A stretch of DNA of 61,906 nt, the filler included, from Sphacelaria rigidula (taxonomy: Eukaryota), in the NCBI GenBank assembly GCA_964200075.2. It is 10 parts of 10 records of this genome, joined end to end, with 100 filler letters (N's around TTAATTAATTAA, not from the genome) between each part and the next. Parts side by side here need not be neighbours in the genome. Positions count along the whole stretch, not along the records: positions 37,209 to 43,308 come from CAXNAA020022224.1; positions 43,409 to 49,508 come from CAXNAA020022225.1; positions 49,609 to 55,707 come from CAXNAA020022226.1; 7 more parts are not named here. One strand, given 5' to 3'. Below are positions 37,844-50,190 of the stretch, in pieces. A program made the translations under genes and the position numbers. The notes below the pieces were generated by a model, which saw nothing but the letters and a program-made list of their open reading frames with translations, had not been told where the DNA came from and ran no database searches. Within the stretch, counting starts at the first letter, position 1, and each line of letters opens with the position of its first letter.

Positions 37844-40800
37844 CTATTATGGGATGGTTAATTCCATGCTTGGTTTCAGCGTCGGCTATCATTTCGGATC
37901 TATTACATGGACCGCAGTAGTCTCAAGCGCCGCCAATCGTGCGCGCAGCGTACACGCTAGCACGGGTTTCGGCTCAAATCGGCTCCGAGGCTGCATGCTT
38001 TCCCCTTGGTCGAGGGTTCTCGGTTTACCTTCGGTTTGGGGTTAGCGTTAGCGTTATGGTTATGGTTTGACCGAAACATCGTATGTTTCGGCCATTGCTT
38101 GATCATTTGTGCAGCGGGTGAAGCCCGTCCTCACTCCTCGCGAGGTTTGCAGTGCGTTTGCAAGTAACGATTGCCTCTCTCACAGTGCGGACGTTGGCCA
38201 ACTTCCCGAACTCCCCCGCCATCATCTGGCATTTGCGACACGATTCACACGCGTTCTTTGACGACAGGCGTCTATCTACGTCCTCGTACCTCATTCTCAA
38301 GCTTTTGCGCCCACGTACGTGGAAATCTCCCGACCAAACACGAACCTGGGGAAAATTACCTGCAGCACACAGCATTTTCATTGCGACCACAACGGGACCC
38401 AGATCTGTCGTCGGAACACGACGATGCTATGGGAGAATTTTCCTGCGTGGGTCACTCCATTCATTGTCTCAAGGCCCTGCCGAAACCATCACCTGCACGC
38501 CCTCTGTCCTGCATAAGGGCACCCATTGTGCACGAGTGCTGTGTCAATACGAGTATATGTTGGCATCGAATGTAGAGGTTTACGCCTTGATCCCGTTTCA
38601 CCTGCCTATGTGGAAAGAGAGTACAAGCTGGGCCAGCCTAAAAAACGGATTTAAGGTCGTACAGCCACATTTCATCGACACAGACGAATTGGTCCGTGAT
38701 TCGCCTATGTTTTAAGTCGTCTCGTCAAGGAGAAGGAGCCCATCTGCCCGGAAGCCTGGGCCGTTTTTTTCTTGTGGTTCACTTCATCTAATTCGTTATT
38801 CACCCAGCGATATGACACATGTAAGATTGCATACTAAACTTATTATATTACGAGCAGAGACTACAGGCAATGAATCTAGATTCCACGTCTCAGTTTGAGA
38901 GTTTTGCTTTGAAATTTGGTCTGGAATACCGCGAGAGCAAAATTGAAGCAAAACATCAAGGACCTTGGGATTTTTTCATGGGTTGAGGACGTATTCGTGG
39001 AAAATGGACATTGTTTTTGGTCGTCAAGTCACTTGCTCAGCTCATTAGTTTTACTCGTGATTTGAAATTGAGTATGGCGAATCGTAAGGGCGTGCTGCAA
39101 ACGAAACAAAAGGGGACCTTTATTTACTTAATGAGTTGGAGATGTTCTCGTGAACAGGTGGTCCGTCCTTCGGGAAAAATCACCAGGTTCTAATTCCTTT
39201 CTTATCATGCCATAGTGATTCTGGACACAAAATGTCGAAGTCAAAGTAGAAGTACCACAACTGGGCTGATGCACAGCCTGCAAAATACTGTTCTGAATCT
39301 CGACCCACCCAGGTTCTAAATCGCCCCATCTCACCTCAATTTTGAGAGTTGGACTATCAAATTTGATGCGGAGAATCAACAGGGCATAATAAAAAAATAT
39401 AATTGGGCGTTGAGTTTTTTTCATGACATGGGAACGTTCTCATGAAGAATATCTGGTGTTTTTGCCCTCAACTCAAGGGAAAAAAAAAAACTCGTTCGAA
39501 CGGTTTTTTGTTGTTGTCGTGCCCTGTTGATTCTCCGTACGAAATTTGAAAGCTCAACGCTCAAAAATTGAGCCGGCAACCTACAGATCTGCTCCTAGGC
39601 TGACCCAGCCAGTAAAGCGTGAACAAGATACGAGTATAGTGTTCAGGCGATGTCGGCCCTTCCTGCAGTAGAGCTGACGCATTGGTTGTAAAATATGGTG
39701 AATTTATTCATTGCTTGATTTCAGAGCAAACACCGATATTCGGATCCTTGTATGGTCTGCTAGTCCCAAGTGCTCTAAGCTTGCCCAGCCAGAACGTGTT
39801 TTTATCCGAATCGGCGCCGCAGGCGCCGATTTGAGGTCTGCCAACGCACGCTTTGCCGAGAGCACCCTTTGCACCCTCCTTGCCCAAGGGTTCTCGTATC
39901 CCTTGGTCACGATCACAGTCACGGTTACGGTTAGCGTTAGTTAAAATCAACAAAAATCCGAGAACTCTCTGTCCACCATGTTTTACGACCCGTGCGTAAG
40001 CACGGCTGCCGGTCCGGGGTCAAAATTAGTCGAGTTTTTGCGCTCGCCAAAGTCTTCAAAATCATGTAAGATGGCGTACTATTTGGGTTTAGAGTACGAC
40101 ACACGTCGTGAAACTCCGTGCACAACGACCCAACCCTTTGTAGACACAGCCCCTTCAATTTACCCCCCACCAGCAAGCGGCTGGAATATCACATGAAGCG
40201 AGCGTGCGCGACGACTGCAATGGGCAGCAATGGCAAAGGCTTCCTCTCCTGCTCACCTGTCCCAACCAGGGCTGGTGGCAGTGTGATCAGAGGCACAAGC
40301 CGCCAGCAGCAAACTGCCCAAAAAACTGGTGCCCAGACAGATGTGGCTAGCGCTTCTCTCCGCATACACACTGTACTGTTCAATACGATCGTTGTTGGCC
40401 AGTATCCTCGAAGACACGTCGTAACTGACCTGACTTCGAGCTGGGTGACACGTCTATCAGGGACAGGGTTAGATGCAGATGTTCATATGCTACAGTGTTG
40501 CAGTGAGGTGTGATCTTGTATTGCTGCAGTGCTGACTGTGACCGGCCAGGTATTTACGGACTGCACGGTTTCGAGTGCGTGGGTGGTTGAGTTTGAGTTC
40601 GTGCACCATCATTCTCTGCACTAACAACCAGCCAACGCGGTGCGCTTTTGGTCGTTCGTGATGGTGGGGCCAAAAAAAAAAGTCGTGAGAAGTTTCGAAC
40701 TTAACTTGTCACATGAATCCGTTCAGCTTGTCCCTCATTTTCCAGATTGACTCTATCGCTCTATTCAGTCCCTGTTGTTTTTTTGCTCGTAGTGATCCTA

Positions 40801-42291
40801 CGGCAGGGATCAGCTTGTCCAACCTTTTGAATCCATCATGAATCACACCAGTCACACCAGGGTGGTCCCATTTGGGGGGAGAATGCACCGTACAGTACAG
40901 TTCGACAGTGCGCCAGGACAAGGAGCCCTGTACAGTATCTACGGTGTACTAGACTCGGACATCAGGGCTTCCGCCGGAATATCGCTGACCATATTCCCGT
41001 CGAAATTTGGGAGGGGAGATGACACAGGAAATCACACTGGATAAGGGCAACCGCGAAGAGAAAAAATGCTTGGCTCTGGAGTTGGTACAGATGGATCCGT
41101 CTCCCTTGAGTGACCACCTAAAGCGTGCTATGGCCTCGTGGGTAAATCACAGCGAGTGCTGCCTAGAGATTACTACAGCGTCAGAATCCTTGACAAAAAG
41201 CACGGAGATCGCCGAACTGTCGATGCGCGGAAGCACCACACTGAGGGAGCAACAGCCATTCCCGCACCCATGACTGCAAGCATAGAGCGACGCAACAGCA
41301 AGCAGCACTAAACAGCAGGAGGATAATTCCGTACCCTGTCCCACGTACGCGGACGATCATCTCCGAAACGTTTTGCGTGGCGGGTGCTGTGGCAAAACAT
41401 GTTGCCGACCTCATCCGTACAGTCGTCTTTTTTTGTGTGGCTTTTTGGCACAACCTGCTCCCAAATCGCCTGGACAATCTCTGTCCTGCAATAAATGGAA
41501 ACACGTAACAGAACACAGGATTACGCTCGAGAGACACTCACGATGAGGATTGATCCAGTAGGCAGTGATGGTAGAGATGCAAGTTCAGCTGTGGCACAGT
41601 GAAAGAGTACACTAACCGTGCACGTGTGGGACACCCACAGCACGAGGCGTTCGGATCCATTTTCAACCTGAGATATTCTGGCTCGAAAATCACGATGTAC
41701 GATCGAACTCGACGGTTGCCCCCACGTACCCCCAAAGCGTACTGTAGTCGCAATGAGTCTTCTCAGATTGGTTCAGATGTTTTTATTTAGAGGCCACGGC
41801 TCTCAAGTTAGGTCGTTCCTACTTTTCATGTTTAGTCGTGATAAATCGAGTCAGACCCGTACCCATTCTCCCGTAGTAACGTACGGCTCGAATCAGCTCG
41901 GCCCCCTCATACTTTTGATATAGGGGTGGATGGATCGACGAATCACGGATGAATATGTGTTTGCCGTCTGTTTTGTTTACAGCGCCGACTTTGGCTCACA
42001 CTCTCTACTCGCCCCCACATCTTCTTCACGCGCATGGCAGCCTGGCAACAAAGCACCTCTACGGGACACACAGCAGCAAGGCGCGTCGCCCATATATCCA
42101 GTGGCGACCGAGCGTCAAATCTTCCCGCGTACTCGATGTAAATACGCACCTGCGGGGTGAACACGCCAGTGGTGAAAGTGAAGACAAATCGGCCCGCCTG
42201 CTGCGCCGTGGGTATCCAAGTGAAGCAAGAGTCGGACCGACCCACCGGAAAGGGAAGCAACGACGTCTGGTCATACACAGTTGAAAACAAC

Positions 42292-43074
42292 ATGAAAAGT
42301 TGGACGTTGTTCCTCCTGGGTAACAGCCTGGTGGTGGGCGTGCTGGTACTCGAGATCATGACCCTGTCTGTCTGCTTCGACGAATTCGATGAATTCGAGG
42401 GCTACGACGACGACCGCCTGCAGAACAGGGCCAACATGGACAGCGAGGACGCCTACGACTTGGACGAGGCAGAAGACATCGTGTACAATATGGTCTTGGT
42501 TGCACTTTATGCGGGCGTATCCCTCGAGATCGTATCTACCGTCATCCTCTCGTGCACGTACAAAACTCCCCTGGACGCGAAGTCGGCGTACAAGATCCCC
42601 GCGAACGACAGGCGAAGCTGCCTGGCGGGCTTCGTTGCTCGATTTCTTGCGCCCGTGACTTGGGGTCTCATCTGCATATGCATGGGCGCCGCCAGCTACA
42701 TGTACAACTCTTACTCGCCATGCGACGGGGAACACATCTCCGAGAGAACCCGATACGCGTTTCTCATCGCGTTCGGACTGTTGATGGCGATCTCTGGGGG
42801 GCTGCTGCTGGTCATTTCGCTGTTCCTTGGATGCTTCGCCTGCGGTATAGAGCCCACGTGCATGGGATGCTGCTGTTCGTTTGGGCGGCGGTTCATGCAC
42901 AAGAGAGTGCTTGCGACCGCTTTTTTTTTCGACTTGTGGTGGCAGCTGGCGGGGGTGATGTGGGTGTATCGCACTGGGCAGTTCGGGTTGAATGCAACCC
43001 TCGGTTTATTGGGTGTGAATGTACTCGGAGAGGTTTTGTCGGAGTGCGGGAGCTCTGGACCCATCGACACGTAA
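42292..43074 (+). CDS. Uncharacterised multi-pass membrane protein (~260 aa from ATG 42292)
   Basis: Uninterrupted ORF with strong C/G third-position bias, about 5-6 hydrophobic segments, an acidic loop and Cys clusters. A possible acceptor TACACAG ends at 42280. Confidence 0.8.
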   Translation: MKSWTLFLLGNSLVVGVLVLEIMTLSVCFDEFDEFEGYDDDRLQNRANMDSEDAYDLDEAEDIVYNMVLVALYAGVSLEIVSTVILSCTYKTPLDAKSAYKIPANDRRSCLAGFVARFLAPVTWGLICICMGAASYMYNSYSPCDGEHISERTRYAFLIAFGLLMAISGGLLLVISLFLGCFACGIEPTCMGCCCSFGRRFMHKRVLATAFFFDLWWQLAGVMWVYRTGQFGLNATLGLLGVNVLGEVLSECGSSGPIDT

Positions 43075-43408
43075 AAAGAGCGGGGGGTGGGGGGGGGAGA
43101 GCGGACTCGTTTGTTGTTTGCTTTGGCCATTTGACCGGTGACCATGCATCCTTTTCGAGACGAAGTCGGGGCGGGGAGGTAAACCTGTGAACGCTCGCAG
43201 GTGGAGAAAACGAGAAGGAGAGGAGAGGAGAGGGGGGGGGGGGGGAAGAGAGATGCCCCCATGAATTTGACAGGGTTTGTGTTTTAATCCCCGGGGCCGG
43301 GGAGACTCNNNNNNNNNNNNNNNNNNNNNNNNNNNNNNNNNNNNNNNNNNNNTTAATTAATTAANNNNNNNNNNNNNNNNNNNNNNNNNNNNNNNNNNNN
43401 NNNNNNNN

Positions 43409-43636
43409 GTGCGGAGTTGAGGTTCTCCCACGCCGCACAACATGATCTAGCTCGACTTCCATCATGGTCACCGCTAAAAACAAACGCAAGCGGGAAAAAA
43501 AAAAAAGACGGCAACCTGGTTGCCTAGGTTAGGCAGTGAGTGGCGTGTTATATAGCGTCACCGCCAACCGACGCCAACCCCAAAGGGGGTCCGCCCCTGC
43601 AAAGCCGGGACGGAGCATGCCCGGTTTTCGCCACGC
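43409..43636 (-). repeat. Repeat family B (partial, at contig edge)
   Basis: Reverse complement of part of 24346-24690. Confidence 0.8.
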
Positions 43637-46017
43637 GCGGGGGTGGGGGGGGGGGGAGGTTACAAGGGTAGTGAAAAGAACCACGGTACAAAATATATAT
43701 CGCAGGAAATAGGGTTGATCCAACCCTCACTACTCTTAGACCTGTGCGATCTATCGGCGGAACATTAAATCTAGCTACGTAGCTACGGTCTTCCCCCCTT
43801 CCACCTCCCCCCCCCACAAACATACACACTTTTAGGCAGAGAGAGAGAAGGAGACAACCGTTTACAAAAGCGGCGCCTCCGTGATCTAGTGGGTACAACT
43901 GGCACCTGAGGGGGGGTAAGATTGAGGGTACGAACTGTGGCAGATACTTTCGGGGGAATTGAGGAGATTCATCTCACGATAGCGGGGGAGAGGGGGGGGG
44001 GGGGATTTTGGGCCCTTTTGTCCACCAAATTGCACGTCAAATCGTCGTAGAAAGCAGAAAAAGTGGTTGAAGGTACTTGTCACCGATACGATACGCTCAT
44101 CCATACTGCATGACACCGTTTCCACCGAAATATAAGCGCACCGTGACTGTGTTAAGTTGTTTGACACGCCTATGAGCCCCTGATTTTCGTGGAGTAACTC
44201 CGTCCCCCGCCCCCCCTCCGCTATCCTAGGAGAGAGATGGTGGCCACATGTAGCGAAACAGGAAGGGGACATGACATGTAAAGGGTTTTATGTAATGCAC
44301 GGAAGAAATGTAGTGAGCACCCAAATGTTGGAGGTCAATCGTCAAACGACGAAGGCATGCAACGAGTGAGTACGCCCCCCTCACATCCCCCTTCCCCCTA
44401 CCGTAGGATCGCTCGGGCGAGTAGTACTCGTATGTGAGTTTCGTCTTTGATTGCAGCGTGAGCCCACGAGCAGCGAAAAAATGTTTTTGATGAGGCTCGA
44501 CGAGATGCGGGAGTCATGATCCAATCCGCGGTACTAAGTTGGAAGGCGTGTCCCGGGGAGAGACGGGGTAGATCCCTTGAGACCACGGACTCACCCGCAG
44601 AAAGTGTGGGAGGTCCAAGATGTAAAAGCAAAAAAGTAAAAAATTAGTATGTTCCACCTGGGTCATCGAGAAGGCATGAAAAAGGCCTATATCGGCAATT
44701 GGTATATAATACTTGATGATGAAGCCTCCTAAATTTTCCTTGTCGTGACTAAATCGTAGGTGAGCAATGTTACATGGTGCGACATCTTTGACTTTCGCAT
44801 CGCCACCCAACTTGGGGGGAGCGTCAGCCGCTATCCTGCTCTGCATTGTGTCTGTAATAGTCGAACGGGGATCATTCCCCGTCGGATAGACACGAACGTA
44901 CGCACTGAGAACATAGAGCAGCGGGGTGAAACTCGGCGGAAGATTTCACTCTAGAACGGACGCATGTACAACGTACACAAGTACAGTCGGGTCGAAAATG
45001 GTCAAGGGTGCTTGTTTCATGAAATGTGGCCAGTAACCTTTGCCGTGAAGACGATCATCAGTGTTGCTCACAGGGAGTCAAAATGCGGGTTCAACACATG
45101 GATAGTGGGCTGGAATTGTTGGATGATGACAAAATGGCCATTTCTCAACGTTGAATATAGACCCGTGTAAACGCCACAACGTGGCGCACTAATTAGGGGT
45201 TTCGGGATGAAAGTCCCCGGTCTACGCTATTTGCCGTAGCAGCGGGTGTCTGAACGCCTCCACGAGGTTATTCCGGCTTTCAAGTCGTTCCGGGGGACTA
45301 TACAAAAGCGAATTCGTTCTGGAGGAACAGCGGAGGATTAGCAGCAGGAAGCAGAAGAAGGACAAATATAGAACATGCCTTGATTCCGATAATACGCACA
45401 CCATACATATGCGTAAAAACAAACAATCCAAGAATATGTTGGGAAGTAAGGAAATCAGGAAATAAACGAGACAAATATATATATATATATGTGTGTGTGT
45501 GTGAACTAAGCTTCGCTAGGGGTGAGGCAGTAGAGTTACGGGTCCCGAAGAAGAACGTTGTCGTACCCTGCTACCGAAGGATCTCCAGAGCGAGGCGTGA
45601 TTCTCTCTCTTGCCATTTAGGCAAGGATCCGGCCGTGATCGATGATAGGCAAGGAGAAGAAGTGAACGAGGTGGTACGGTAGTACCGGCGACGTTCCACC
45701 AGGGTTCATGCGGTGACCCCGCTGTCTCGTGCTCTTGTATCGGAGCCCCACTTTGCCTAGGTTGCCGAAGATCCAGTTTCACATATTTGAACGTTTCAGG
45801 TCCGCTCACGTGTGTCCCTCTCAGACCCCGTTCCTGAGGCTGTTTCTCCGGCTTACGTGTGTGTGTGGATGTCATTACGCTCCTGCATATGTGGTCTCCA
45901 CATATAAATAAATATGAAACACAAATGCATACGCAAATGCAAGAGCAAAACGCAACAAGAATAGAAGGAAGAAAATGTCTGACACTTAATGAGCAACAAA
46001 AAAGCGCTACTGTATAC

Positions 46018-46131
46018 CTTGTCTCCCCGTCTAGACAGCGTGAGCTTGAGTTGCAGTCCAGACTTCTCGAACAGCGTAGTGACGATCACCTCGCGAGCTA
46101 GCCGTTTCCACTCTGATAGCGAGACAGAGAC
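46018..46131 (-). CDS. Isolated internal exon of an unidentified gene (VSVSLSEWKRLAREVIVTTLFEKSGLQLKLTLSRRGDK)
   Basis: Pyrimidine tract plus AG acceptor, AAG|GTATAC donor, 114 nt with an open phase-0 frame. Confidence 0.5.
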
Positions 46132-46504
46132 CTTACATGGGAGAGAGCGGGCGAGGGGGAGGGAGGGGGGCGGCTACGCGTTACCCCTAGATTGAAGACG
46201 ACAGGCAAGGCGTATCCCGTGGACCAAGGGCCTCAAACACAACAGAAAGGGCGCGGTAACCTCGCTCGACAATCACGATCCTACACGCCGCAGTCATAAG
46301 GCCATCGACATCGCATCCCTTCAGAGTCCGGACGAAGGACGCCGGATTTTCGCCGAACCAGGCTCGCAATCAATCACCAAGGGCGAAGCGCCGCGATGGG
46401 TTCGGCGAGTCCCATGAAGGGTGGCCTACATCCTGCTACCATTGTTCGGCCCCAGGCGTACGGATTATCTTATGTGTGTGTGTATATATAGATATATGCA
46501 TATA

Positions 46505-46790
46505 TCTGACAGCCTCCAATGAATTTCTTCATTTACTGGTACCGCCACTTCCAGAGGAAGCCACCTCAGGTTACACTGCCTCATGTTCGTTCCACCATTC
46601 AAGCACTACTAGGTAGTACGAATATCCCCTTTGTGCGGAGTTGAGGTTCTCCACCACGTACAAGATGATCTAAGTCGACCACCATCATGGTTACCGCCAC
46701 TTCAACGCGAGAAAATAAAACAACGGTAGACGGCTTGCCTAGCTTACGCAGTGATTGGCATATATTTTACAGCGTCATTGCCAGCTGGAG
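46505..46790 (-). repeat. Repeat family B (diverged)
   Basis: GTGCGGAGTTGAGGTTCTCC...CCATCATGGTTACCGC is shared with the other copies. Confidence 0.75.
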
Positions 46791-46932
46791 TCATCCTGCA
46801 CGGGAAAGGAGGGCGGTGGGTGGGATGGGGGTTTGAAGAGTGCGACTGGAAAAGAGAAGCAAACAGGACCAGAATATGTCCATCGATATTACCAGGGTGA
46901 CTCATGGATCATGTACAAGCCAGAATCGACAA

Positions 46933-47188
46933 GAGATACTTTCTACGATAGCCCACCCTAAAAAAGTGGCTGGTTTGGGGAGGCAAAATCTACACGTAAA
47001 TCGAATAACAACACGTCGAGCACAACGAGCAGCTGGAAATTTTCTCGATCGGGTACGTTTTCGCCTATGTCGCCCATATGAGGCGCTTCATGAAACCTGA
47101 AACTAAACATCAGGCGCTGTATGACCATTTCCTTAGTGGCAGTTTTGGGCTGGTGATTTGAGGGGGGGGGGCTATCCTAGAAAGACTC
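46933..47188. mobile_element. MITE, possibly related to the GAG...CTC family
   Basis: CTTTCTACGATAGCCCACCCT pairs with AGGGGGGGGGGCTATCCTAGAAAG. Confidence 0.55.
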
Positions 47189-48617
47189 TTGAGCTATCGC
47201 ATATCGCTACTAGGTGGCTCTTTGTGAGTAAGATTCTAAGAGAACTACGAGTATGTTCATTTTTTGTGTTTCATTGAGCAGATCCTCAAGGTGAATTCAA
47301 TGGTTGTAAACCAGCAGGGCTGGGCTGTTTGCACGTATGAACGAACCCAAAACATACTGAAGAATCGACTTTTACGGTAGGCTCTAGATCATATCGGACC
47401 CTTTTCAGTTTATCGACCTCGCTGAAGATTTCACAAATCAACATTCTTTCGGGAATGATCCATCTTCATGAAGAAGAGACTGGAACACCAAGCACGACCA
47501 GAATACGGCGAATGTTTTTTATTGGCGCGAATGTGTTTTTGATACGCGATGCTTTGGGAAGACGGCAGGAATATCGTATATGTGTCCTAATGATGCGCAC
47601 TTTTTTGTGTGTGATTTGATTTTGTTCGCGTAGGAACGCTTCTTTAGCAGAGATCCTAAACGCTTCGCAGGTGTGTCAAACACGTGCCGCAATCCGGGCT
47701 CGCTTTCGGCTGCTCGTTGTTGCACCAAACGAAAATCTCTGAACCAATATTCAGGAATATCCTACTTACCGCTGAGTAACACAAAGAGCAAAATTCGAAC
47801 AAGATCATAACGCATTGATTCGCTTTTGCTTCGCTTCATTTGGCTTTGTTTTATTCTACTTTTGCATGTTTTTTTTTCCCAAGCTCTCACTTTTCTCGTT
47901 AATATTAAACAAGCTATAAAAACGCCGCGTGTGGGTGTTTGTTTTTTGGTAATATTGCACAAGAGTACTGTTGAACGATCCGACTTCCGAATATACATTT
48001 CCGTCCAATTGTACGTGTACGTCAGGGCAGAGTTCTGTCTTAATCCTCAGACCGCGGTGCGGGTAGCCCATCTGAATCTCCCGAACTTTTGTCGAGTGAA
48101 TATTGATGCCGATTCATATGGTTGGCCTACCCTCGCGGTCTAAAGGTCAACCTCTGAATAATTTCAACTGAATGTAACGTGTCTTCTTCTAGCAAAGATC
48201 TCAACAGCTTCGTACCCAGAAGTTCGATAAACGTTGTGAGAGGCAAACATGGAGGATATTTACCACTACTCCTTCCCATGCTGAGATCTTGACCATCTCA
48301 TGACACTAGAATAAAGGAGAGACGCGAAATGATTTCACCTCTTCAGCGTCCATGAGTGGGGTGCGAAATCTTGATTCCCACTCTCGCCGTAGACACTCCT
48401 TGGCAGCTAACTTCGTCACTTCATCTCCGGGTACAGCCGAGTACCAGATATCGTTCACCTGTACACAAGCGACCGGTCCCACGCATCGGCCAAGCGATCT
48501 ATCGGTTCATGCCTTCGTGGGTCCATGTCTTCGTCGCTCAGCTGGCAAACATTAGCTCATTCGCGACAAATCCAAACGTGGTTATAAGACAGAAGTACGT
48601 TTTGGAGGTGGAACATA

Positions 48618-49167
48618 CAGCAGTGGGCGGTCTAACTATTCAGAGGTGTTTTGACGTTTTCTTCGCGTACTACCCTTCGATAAGACTCGAAATTGCCGGC
48701 GTCGGTAGATTTTGGTACAACAAATAGATTATCTTCGAAGAACCATGCCCAAGACAGTGTTGGTTCGCGTTAACGGGCGATACTGGTAAATATCCCGTTT
48801 ATCAGGAGGGTCGTATTGACAGTGACACACAGTATTTCGGCTCTAGTGCAATGAGTAGGTAGAATTTGGAAAAACAAAACTGTACATTTCTTGACAAATA
48901 TGATCTGGACAGGCTCGGTCGACCGAAAATAACGAAGAGTAAGAATCTGGGCTGACACGTCGCAGGACCCCCAATGACCGGTCAGCCCGTGAGTCGCTCA
49001 AAAATGGAAAACAGAAGGGGTTTTTCTCTCGGAATGTGGAGGGGATACAAATATCTTCAGGTCGCCGATGTGATGAGCGGTGGCAAGCGAAAAGAGCCCA
49101 AGAAAATCGCCAAATACGAAAAATTCACAAAATGCCACAGAATGAATAGTTAGACCGCCCACTATTG
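48618..49167. mobile_element. Tc1/mariner-like non-autonomous element
   Basis: 25-bp TIR CAGCAGTGGGCGGTCTAACTATTCA with 2 mismatches; TA on both sides. Confidence 0.8.
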
Positions 49168-49332
49168 TAAAAAAAAGAAACTCAACAAAAACAAATGTAG
49201 ATGAAGGGGGGCGGGGGCAAAATATGAGAAGAAGAGGAACAGCAATAGTAATAACAGTAACAATAACGAAAATGACAGTAACAGTAATACCAATTTCAAT
49301 GAAAATGATAACAATAACAACAGCATCCGCAT

Positions 49333-49365
49333 CTACTACTACTACTACTCCTCCTCCTCCTACTG

Positions 49366-49417
<52 letters not shown>

Positions 49418-49423
49418 CACCGT

Positions 49424-49473
<50 letters not shown>

Positions 49474-49508
49474 TTTTTACTACTACTACTACCACTACTA
49501 CTACTACT
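49333..49508. repeat. (ACT)n microsatellite
   Basis: Imperfect trinucleotide run ending at the contig edge. Confidence 0.97.
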
Positions 49509-49795
49509 NNNNNNNNNNNNNNNNNNNNNNNNNNNNNNNNNNNNNNNNNNNNTTAATTAATTAANNNNNNNNNNNNNNNNNNNNNNNNNNNNNNNNNNNN
49601 NNNNNNNNCCCCCCCTTCCTATCCCCCTATCGTAGGATGACTCTAAATTAGTAGGGGGGCAGAGGGAATAGTTACCATGATGGATATGCTGTAAAATAAG
49701 TGGATATGAGAAAACGGGTACACACCAAAGAGGTGTAGAGAAGGACTGCTCGTAACGTTTTCAAGAAAGGAGACAAGGGTGACCCAGGGAATTCA

Positions 49796-50190
49796 CAGCC
49801 GTTCATCGATATTGAAGATGGAGCTCTCCATTGAGAGTGAGAACCCGAAGGATTCAAATATTCGTATTCACCCCAAATTTTCGAAATATGGTTCCGTTTC
49901 TTCACCTACCACTGGTAGTTTTTGACAAGCACTACACAGCATACGAAGTTGGATTTCGATATGCGAAATGTCGGGGATCGGATCACCCCCAAATATTTTA
50001 CTTTGTCCAGGGCCCCAATATTTCGGTCATCGAGATCCAAACTTGCAGGGCGTGTAGTAGTTTTTAATAGCTAAGAGTTGGTGAAGGAGTGGAACCATAG
50101 TTCGGAGATTTGGTGTGGATACGAATTGTTTTATCCTCCGGGTTCTCATCCTCGATGAAACGTTCCACCCTCAATTTCGATGATCGGCTG
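49796..50190. mobile_element. Foldback MITE family A (diverged, CAGCCG termini)
   Basis: CAGCCGTTCATCGATATTGAAG...CAATTTCGATGATCGGCTG. Confidence 0.8.

Noticed and set aside
38152..38715. 187-aa ORF
   Set aside because: No recognisable motif or splice context.
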